From assembly GCA_028023455.1 (NCBI GenBank), contig JAQFVV010000010.1, forward strand, positions 2,542,001-2,606,000: a DNA stretch of 64,000 nucleotides, given 5' to 3'. Below the pieces are notes generated by a model that was given only the letters and a program-made list of their open reading frames with translations, did no database searches and was not told where the DNA came from. The translations under genes and the position numbers were made by a program. Below are positions 54,577 to 64,000 of this stretch, piece by piece (position 1 is the first letter of the stretch; every line of letters starts with the position of its first letter). This DNA comes from Epiperipatus broadwayi (lineage: Eukaryota > Animalia > Onychophora).

Positions 54577-56019
54577 AGATCATTATCTTTTTAACATGTA
54601 TATAGTCATGTATATCAGTTATATAAGATGAAGTGGACAGATGTATGGAGCTTGAAAGTCTGAGTTTACCTTGTTTATTATAGATAATATACTTGAATAT
54701 TATATATATAGGGAAATCTTTTTATAAATAAACCATTATAAAGTAAAGCCTTCGTACAGCCACTCTTGGCAAAATATTGAAGAAGGGGCAATAACACCAG
54801 GATTGCCAGTGATCAGGTGAAATGAGGGTTTGAGTATTTTTTATATTTATTCTCTGTATAGAGATAGCTAAATAGTTATTTATTAAAGTTGAATGATAAA
54901 ACTAGATTGGTTGTGTGTGGCTCCCTAAGAGAAAAGTCCTAAACATCTTGAAAAGAATTTCACTTAACTTGCATTTAAATTCTAGGTTGTAGGCATGATA
55001 TATGGATATATTTACAAACCTTATGGCATAATAGTTAGAACATCCATCTGCCATAATCAGCATAATGTTCAAATCTGCGCTAGGTGAAACTTAAAATTTT
55101 TTTTAGCTTAATAGACTTTAGAATTTTTTTTTAGTCAATCTTGAAATGGCATAGCTAGCCATCTAATTAATGATCATTAAATGGGTATCTTATTTATTTT
55201 TAACTACCAGTAAAACAAAAGTAAAATGTAAACTCTCTTCACCTGATGTTTGATTAGGCTATTGAATATTATCTTTTTGAATGTTCTTTATAGAGATATT
55301 CTGCAGAGCATTTGCTATTTTAAGGCTATTTTATCTTTATCTTTCTACATCAGATAAATAATACCTAATTTTTTTATTGCTATACTATAAATATGAAGGA
55401 ATACAAATGAAATATTTAAAGAAAATAACTTTAAATGAATCAAATGATTTAAACAGGGTAGAGTAGAAAATTAATGTTATTGACAGTTTTTATCATTTAC
55501 ATTAAGCTTTCTGAAAAGAAAATAGAACTTGTGAAGTGTTTCAATCTGGTTTTATTGAATAATATGTGCAGCATGAGAGGTCAGAGTATTTTAATGATCA
55601 CTAATCATCAGCTGTTATCTCTGAAGAGGCTTTTACTGTCCTAAAGTCTGCTTTTATAATCGAATATAAAGTGGATTACTGATTTTTAAATTTATTACTT
55701 GTTGACTTGAGTATGTATATCATTGTAATAGCTATGTATGTGTTAGTACTTATATCAGGATATAGTTAAATATATTTTTGAAAATTAAATTAATAAATAA
55801 ATAATTAAAGTCAGCAAATTAATAGCATTAAAAATGGATTTTTATTTTTATTTTACTAAGTTTAATCTAATCCAGAAATCCTTAAAATTAATTAGAGAGA
55901 AAACCCTTATTTAAAAATATAAACCAGACTACCTTTTTATTATTATAAGCTTAATAATTTTATCAAATTGGTTTATATTAATAGCTCTGATTGGTAAATT
56001 TGAGCCTCCACATAAAAGT

Positions 56020-56290
56020 ATGAACATATATACTGTCACCGTTGAAAGAAGTAAGAAATTGAAATGGGGACATATTGTTAGAAGAAATATTAATGGATGG
56101 ACAGAAGAAATCTTAAACTGGATCCCAAGAGATTATAAAAAAAAACTTAAAAAAGAGTTCACATGTGAAATGGATAGAATAAGGAAGTTTGCTGTTATGT
56201 TGTGATGAAGAGAAATTATAAAAGATAAACTGTATGACATTTACTTCATTCTGTAGTGAATCAATAAATGGTTGAAAATTAGGATGATGA
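56020..56290 (+). mobile_element. RTE LINE 3' fragment (same family as 18064-18410)
   Basis: KLKWGHIVRRNINGWTEEILNWIPRDYK... followed by a GATGATGAT tail. Confidence 0.85.
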
Positions 56291-57105
56291 TATATTTAAA
56301 TATATATATAATGGTTATTGTTAAGAATTAATGAAAATCATTATTGTTTACCGAAGTCCCCATTATTAAAAAAATTTAAAAGTAATTGAGTGTCATTTCA
56401 TTCAATATATGTATACAAACAGCTATTTATAAATGCATGTGCCATTTTAACTCCACAAGAAAACAGTAGAAAGAAAATTAAGAGTTCATAATTACAACTC
56501 TATTTTGAAAGAAGAGTGACTAGTAATGACATGGAAGAATTATATCATTGCTATGTCAATGTGCCTTTGTAGTCTAGATTTGACATATTAAATAAATTAA
56601 GAGAATGGAAAATAGTTGCAGAGTAAAACTGATAATGATTATTAAATGTTATAAATTAGTTGTAATACTCATATACTTAACACAAAGAGAAGATTACATT
56701 CCTGTGAACACACATTGATGTAGATGAAATCACAAATAGTTCTAATTATGTTAGATAATTATTAAATCATCCAACTATGGAACTTATCTGATAATTAACA
56801 TTTCACAACTTTTCCATATTTTAAGAACTTTCTTAATCTTTAATTTGATTAAGACAATGAGATAACATTTTTATTTACCATTGTCAAACTCACTCCACTC
56901 ACAACTTTGACATCATCCACCTCAGATAAATACAATAATGATTATTACTAATCATTTTCTAAACTAGAGATTATTGCTAGCACAGATATAAACTTTAAAC
57001 CTCAGTTAAAGATTAATATATCTGATTTTTAAATTTAAACATACAAACACATGGAGTTATTCACCTTCCTCTTTCCCATGTGTAATATCTTTATAGATAT
57101 ATTAA

Positions 57106-57145
57106 ACAAGATGCATTTTGTGTTGAACCAGCATTCATCAGTTGG
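57106..57145 (-). ncRNA. Family-2 hammerhead copy
   Basis: Minus strand reads CCAA-CTGATGA-ATGCTG-GTT-CAACAC-AAAA-TGCA-TC-TTG; palindromic stem III ATGCAT. Confidence 0.6.
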
Positions 57146-57229
57146 CTCAGGTCATTATCTCCCATATATATCTCCATTGTATGAAGAGTATTTATATATT
57201 GTTTAGTGTATTTAATGCAACATGTCTAT

Positions 57230-57440
57230 CACTAAAGTGATTGCATTCTTAGAAATAGATATACTATTTTTTCTTCATTAGCATATGGATTTTTTTGACA
57301 ATTTAATATTTAACAAAACATCCAATCAGGAAATAGAATCATCAGTGGTTTTATTAAGACCTTCAATTCTGCCACTGCAACTATAGTTTATGTTAGTCCA
57401 CATTCAGATAGATTAGCGGCTGATAAATTCTATTTATGAA
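57230..57440 (-). mobile_element. Possible Penelope RT fragment
   Basis: YQPLIYLNVD* and SIS*LDVLLNI resemble the PLE P....RYVDD and LPFLDVL motifs; frameshifted. Lies just 5' of the family-2 HHR on the same strand. Confidence 0.35.
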
Positions 57441-60043
57441 GCAGATGAGTGAAATGATCATGGATTATTCTGAATCTATTCATGAGACTCTAGTTGCACC
57501 TAAGAAGAGCAAATCCAACTGATCGTACAAGTATATTTTTATATATTGTACAGGTTCTCTTAAGATTACTCATACCTGTTGGTGCATTTATCAATTATCT
57601 ATGCCTGATATTAACTTTTCTAACTATATTTTTAATTAGTCAGTTTTGGTTTTTTACTGTCTTTTTTATTTATTGATAGCTTATTTATTCTTCCTCTTTC
57701 ATTTTTATTTAGAAAAATGATTAGTTAAAAAAAAAAAACAGATTTAGGAGGACAGACTATAATTCAAAGTTTCATTTATTTATTGATATATAAAATTTTG
57801 TAGTAGTTTTTTCTAAAAATAATTAAGAATAAATTATTTATCAGATCAACAAAAAACAAATACTTTCAAAAATTCATCTTTTTAATAATAATAATCTTTT
57901 TTTTTCTCTGTCACATATATATGTTTGCTACATTATGTGGTTCCCAAATATATGTCATAATATAAAAAAATAAACTGTGTCCATGTGTTTATTTAAAAAT
58001 TAATGTGATTTTTGATGTTGAGACAAACTCTTAATTATTTTAGATAAATCAATTTTATAATTGTTATATGTTATGTTTAATATGTCATCAAATTTAAACT
58101 CAGTAAACCAATTTCTATGTACATTTTTTTTGGATATTTCATTTTAGATTAGGGTGGTTCACAAAGATGCATTGATGCAAATAATATGAACAGCATTTGG
58201 GCATACTTTTATATTGTTTAGTATATTTCAGACATTAATTTCTAATATTTGGCATACTCTTTTCCTTTCTTCTTTTCTTTAAATATAATCTCCAGATTTG
58301 TATCATTTTTGAACTTGATGGACATAATGTAGTTAGGTATATAATGATTGTTGTTTCTAAGTACCAAATATTTTTTACAAACAACAGACAATTCTTAATA
58401 TTTTTTAAAACCTGAAATCTGCTCTTAAATTCATTGTATTAAGGCAGCTAAATAATTTGAAATGATCATATAGATTCTGGAGCAATGTCAGTACCATCTT
58501 GTTTGATTTTATTATGTATGGTTGGAAAATTATGCAGTATTTGGTTTTGTATTTTTTTTTAGAATAGATGCGTAGTTTGTCTATTAAAGAAAATACTTTA
58601 TTCACCATCTGTAAAATAATTTCATTTCCAGCCTGTAAATCACAATTGAGCTCACCATGTTTTTCTGTGATGTCATACAGGAAAGCTAAAATTCACAACA
58701 ATCTATCATTTTCAAGTTGTTTAGAAACTTTATTGTTTTGTTGCAAAAATAAGATAATTTTTTGCTATAAAGAAAAAAAAAAGATCCAGCACCTTTCCTC
58801 TGTTTAACCACCACACCAAGATATGTAAAAAAGTGTTGTTAATATTACTATTCATTTTCATATCTTATTAAAGACCTTTGAAGAAAAAAGTCTTTAAATG
58901 ATTTATATTTTTTAATGACAGTGTTAGGTTATTTTAATACAACACTTTTACAACAAATTGACAAGTTGCTGAACTATGATTATTTTGAGGAACCAAATAT
59001 TCTTACCAATTGTCTTGAAACAGTCTATTCTCATAATTTATTAAAGACCTGTGAGGAAACGTGTCCTTAAATGTTTTATATTTCATAATTCAACGATAGT
59101 GTTAAATCTTTTTAAAATAGCACTTTCATGACATATCAAATAATAAGTTGCCAAACCATGTTTATTTTGAGCAACAAAATATTTTTCCCAATTATTTTGA
59201 AACTAATTTCATTGGATATTTTTCACTTGTTTTTGAAGATACTTCTGTTATTGTGAGTAATTAAATTATATTTTGATATAGAACAATACATTTCAAAACA
59301 GTTGCAAGTTTGCCGTCATTAATTGAACTTTAAATTATAAGAAAACTGTCATGCATTGATATAATTATGCAATTAAAACAAACTTGTCATGAGAGTAGTT
59401 TTTTATTGTAGTGAAGACGTGTAAATACCACACGTCTTATGATTTTAAAACTTAGATTGTGTGTATTTCAAGCCACACATAAAAACACAGTTGGCCACAG
59501 GTTGAGTATGATTGATTTAGAGGTGTTTCAACTATATTTTTATGGGATTTAGACGTATTAAAGCTATTTTGCTGTTGTTATTTTTTTCAACTGAATTCTT
59601 CTGATTCTTGGACTTTATTCTTCTGCTATCTAGTAATCATTGATTATTTTAGTTTACAACAGATGGCGGTAGCACTTGTTTATATTTCTTGTGCATTTCC
59701 CCCCCCTACCAAATTATAGTAGTTTAAATCAATAGAAAAACATATTGTAATATTACTAAAATAAAAGTGGAATATTGATTAATAGTTTGGGGATTTTTTC
59801 TATGTGCTAAATATTTAATAAGCTTAGAATTTTTTTTGGGTATCTACTTCTTAATGACCTTGCTAACTATTATTTATATGGTATATAAATTGGGAAGGTT
59901 ATTCTAACTGTAAGCATGTTCCAAGCAGATTTCATGCAGTGATTGTAGATGACAACAACAACAACAAAAAAACAGTTGTCATATGATGCAGACTTCATTC
60001 TGGTAATGAGAATATGAACATTCAGACCATGAATAACATAGAC

Positions 60044-61122
60044 CAGAGATTAGCAAACTAGAGCATGTGGTGTGCATGGCATGCAGAATGATTATCAATG
60101 GCACTCTTATTAAATTGAAATAATAAACAATTATATTTTAATTTCTGCGCATGCGTTTGTGCTTATCACCTACATTTTGCACACAAGACTCATATATAAA
60201 TGAAAATCATGATTCAGTTTAATTTACTAATTATTTTTTAAAATAAACATTCATTTGATCTTTGCTATTTTCAATAAAGATAAGAGCTAAGTGTGATGGT
60301 AATATTTTTTCTCCAGGGATGATTAATTTTGCCAGGATTTTTTTTTTGATGGTTAATTGGTCTTTGATACTTTTGTACAACTGCATATTTAGAGTAAATT
60401 TATATTCAGACAGAATGTTATATTAATTCATTCATTTGAAAAACTTCTATTAATAATAATATATTTTAAGCTTGGTGTGTTTACTTAAAAAAAAAGTTTC
60501 TAGTTAGTGCATGAGCGAGATCTGCAAATACTATAGTTTGGATCTCAAAGTTAAAAAACATTGCCTCCCCCTCTTTAAATGTCTATTTTTATTGTGTAAT
60601 TAAAACAAATTTCTCATAGAGAAAATTTCCAAATGCCCATAGTTTTAAAGAAAAGAATATATGAAAAACTTCAAATTTTGATTATTTTTTTTAATATCAC
60701 AAAATGATGGAAGTTCATTAATCAGCTTTTTAAATTAAACTATTGAAATCTAAATGCGATTTGTCTATTATGAATCAATATATATTAATCAGTCATTCTG
60801 TAAGCAATACACATTTTTTTAAATGCAAAATAGATTAATTTTCTCAATGCCAAAGGCAATTATAAGCATATTTTTCGAATGCAATATAATTTAATAAAAC
60901 ATACTTTTCACATATGATCCTATGTATTTTAAAATATTGAATGACCAATAATACAAGATCTGGTTATAATGGGCTTCAAAGTATATAATACATAATTTTG
61001 AAGCTCATTATAATTGTATCAGTTTTGATACTATATATAATAAGATTGATATAATCATATTGGAACTGGGAATAACATTGTAACATAGGATCACAATACC
61101 ATTAAAAGGTTGCCAACCCCAG
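60044..61122. mobile_element. Non-autonomous hAT (Charlie/Buster-like) element
   Basis: Termini CAGAGATTAGCAAACT / AGGTTGCCAACCCCAG (consensus CAGGGGTTGGCAA). 8-bp flanks ACATAGAC and ACATAAAT (6/8 identical, central TA). Confidence 0.55.
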
Positions 61123-62519
61123 ACATAAATTATTAAAATAGAATCAAGATAAAATCAAGCATCAGAGAAATATTTTTTTCATTTACTTTTTCAATGCTTT
61201 AAAATTTATATAAAGTGTTAATATTTTTCTATTTGTCTTTATCATCAAGAGATAACAGATTTCTGGATCAGTTATCTTCTAAAGAACTCTTCATTTTGAT
61301 ATTTTGATTGGAAATTTGTAGTGTAGTGGCAAACTAAAAATTCTCAGCTGAGGAAAGTAAAACCTCAGTTTAGGAAATTAAGAGAGACTATTGTACCAAC
61401 TGAACATCCAGTTATTTAATGGAAATATCAGCTTGATACTCCATATGTTTAACTGTAAGCTATTTCATCTTTATACATTCCACATCTATTTTTCAATTTA
61501 TTTCAATTATTTTTTATTTATAAAATGAACATTTTTTCTTCTATCAGTTTATTTTATTTCAAACTCTGAATGAGCGAATGAGGTTGCCTCTTTTAAGACA
61601 TAATAGAGAAAAAGAAAATTTAAAATACTATCAGTTAGATAGGACTAGTAATGTTACTGCTTTATTATGCTATGTATGTCTTATTATATTTTATTGAAAT
61701 AATATTTATCATTCTATTGAGAAATTGTCTTTATAGATTTTTTGTGAAATGATTGCCTGAAAGTTAAAATTAATAATCCTTCATAATAATATCAAATATA
61801 TGCTTGCTTTCTATCTAAAGGCTATACAAGGGGTCCAGATCAAGCAATATTATTTAGTTATCATTAGTGGTATTTTGTCATTGATTTATAATGGAATTTA
61901 AAACTAAATACAACAATGTTGAAAACCACTATTAGAATACTCCCTTTGCTAATTTATTATTTTTTGTTATTTAATGTTTAAAGAGTACTGAAGATATATA
62001 TATGTGTGTGAAATTATAATCGTCTTTGTCTTGCAAAATGAGGTTGTCTTTTCATTTATATTTTTACAAGAATTTAAGGCTTAAAAAATGTGTAATTTTT
62101 TTCAAACAAAAAAAAATTGTTCTCTATCTAACATATATAATTAAAGTGAAAATACTAAAATCTTTTAGCATATGGAATATTTATAATAAAAATATGAATA
62201 GTTTATATAAATATGAAGAATTATATTGAATGTCTAACATCATGAAATTTTTTGATATAAGATATGAAAAATATTTGATTCATGAAATAGACATCACTCA
62301 TTTGAAAGTAAATATTTCAATGTATAAAATATAAAATAAAAAATTTAAATATTTGCATAAAATGTATTATAAAACTCAAAGCATAAAATATTATAATGCA
62401 ATTTGACATTCAGGTTGTATTTGAATCTTGCCTATTAATAAATTTATAGAACTATTAACAAATACATTATTACTGAAATCATTAATATATCTATTTACAA
62501 ACTTACTTTTATGCAGAGA

Positions 62520-62820
62520 TATTCATATTACTTTAAATGAAAGAATGTTCTCATCATTCAAACCAGTCAGATCAATATCACAAGGATAATCTCTAAGTGC
62601 ATTATTGTTTTATTGTTTCCTAAAACAATAAAACAGAAGCTCCCAGGACATAGCTGAATTTCAATCAAATATATCTTGCATAGCAGGTATGGATAATATA
62701 ATTACATTCTTTACAATGAAGAAACAAATACCAACTTTGCTCAACATATTAGAAGCACACACTTAAGAATATAGCATTATCATCAATATGAATAAAAGAT
62801 AGTTAATGTATACAGGTTAT
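62520..62820 (+). mobile_element. Faint LINE RT remnant
   Basis: FKPVRSISQG**SKCII resembles the RT ..GVRQG.PLS..LF motif; otherwise eroded. Confidence 0.3.
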
Positions 62821-64000
62821 CATTCCTATAAACAAATACTTCAAAGAAACTTCTCCAAGTTCTTGTTGGTTTTCCATTTCACCTGAGTTTTTTTAGCCAT
62901 TTGAAAATCAACTGAAGATAAATTGAATGAAGAATAGAAAAATAATAATTTCAACTCTTTCCAAATTTTAATCTCTCATATTTTAAAGTATAACTTATTA
63001 ACAGTAATTATTACAAAATCTCATATTATTTTATAATAGTAACATTTACAAAATCATTCATTTCATTTGTATAATCACAATGTAGAAAACTATTCTGGGG
63101 AATAAAAAAATCATTGTGATATAATTAAAGCACTTGCAAATGCCAACTTCACTTAATGATTTTAGTCTTCATTGAATCCAATCCTTTAAAATACAAAAAA
63201 AATTCTAAACATTTTGTCATCAGTCTTTTCAAACTTTCCCTCACTTATAAAGTACTTAAAAATTAATCCCTCTGATCAGTCATCCAACTAGGCATTTCTT
63301 AGAAGGATTACAGAGACCTCTAATAGAGATTAAAGACCTAACATTTATACTTCCTTTTTAAAAATTTATATACTGAATAGTTCATAAATTACTTAACCCA
63401 GTTTTTTTTTTTGTTGAATGCTTAAAAAATAATAATAATAATAATAAACAATTGCTTAGAAACATTTGGATTATGAAACTGAAGTACTTTGACTTTCTGT
63501 TTAAAATAAATATATTAGCATTGCTTACTTTATGTTTCATGAAGTATAGAAGATACATTAATAATATAGGTGCAATATGCTCACTTTGTTATAAGGAAGA
63601 TTGAACCCAACCTCATCTATTTTATACCTGCCAGTGACTAGATCGTGTACATTCTTTAATACCAACAATGCACAGAAACCTGAATTTTTCCATCTAATCT
63701 CTTGGTGAATAATTTTGCTAGAGGTTTATTTCTAAGCATTCATGCTGTCACATTTTATACTTTATTCTATATGATACACAAGATGCATACATATATACAA
63801 AAATAATAATAGAAGACTCCCAAATATTTTTTATAACAAAGTAGAACAAATAATACTAAGAGATAAGAAGATTGCTCTATCATCTATTTTACAGAATGAA
63901 GTATGTATACATTGATATCTAAAAATATAATTTGTACAAAATAAATAGAATCAAAATCTCTTGGTGTGCAATTTGATAGGCTTAACTATGAAAAATTATT

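Noticed and set aside
57330-57520. Candidate plus-strand terminal coding exons (GNRIISGF..., MSEMIMDY...)
   Set aside because: No recognisable protein; the opposite strand has Penelope RT-like motifs that explain the composition.
60145-60156. TGCGCATGCGT as an NRF1/Erect-wing site
   Set aside because: Lies inside the hAT-like element 60044-61122.
63594-63650. tRNA gene or tRNA-derived SINE head (similar hints near 17.8, 33.8 and 47.5 kb)
   Set aside because: Only a loose B-box resemblance; no cloverleaf can be drawn.

Overview
Very AT-rich, CpG-poor eukaryotic DNA, probably from an invertebrate (an arthropod is an inference from the transposon families). I recognise no intact host protein-coding gene. 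Most ORF-track entries are spurious or are pieces of decayed transposons. The window is a nested transposon landscape: RTE, L1/Tx1-like and other LINE remnants, mariner, pogo, hAT, piggyBac-like and BEL/Pao fragments, and Penelope-like pieces. Two things stand out. (1) There are at least two families of minimal type-I hammerhead ribozyme (HHR) motifs (7 copies, plus a third-family remnant). They sit in Penelope/retrozyme-like units, and the two family-1 insertions have an inverted 5' arm and 13-bp target-site duplications (TSDs). One copy (5107-5148, minus) keeps the full catalytic core. (2) A ~4.3-kb foldback element (34400-38704) has ~2-kb inverted arms built from tandem subrepeats. A CpG-retaining segment near 51 kb may be a promoter and non-coding first exon. 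All motif calls were made by eye; no database search was run.
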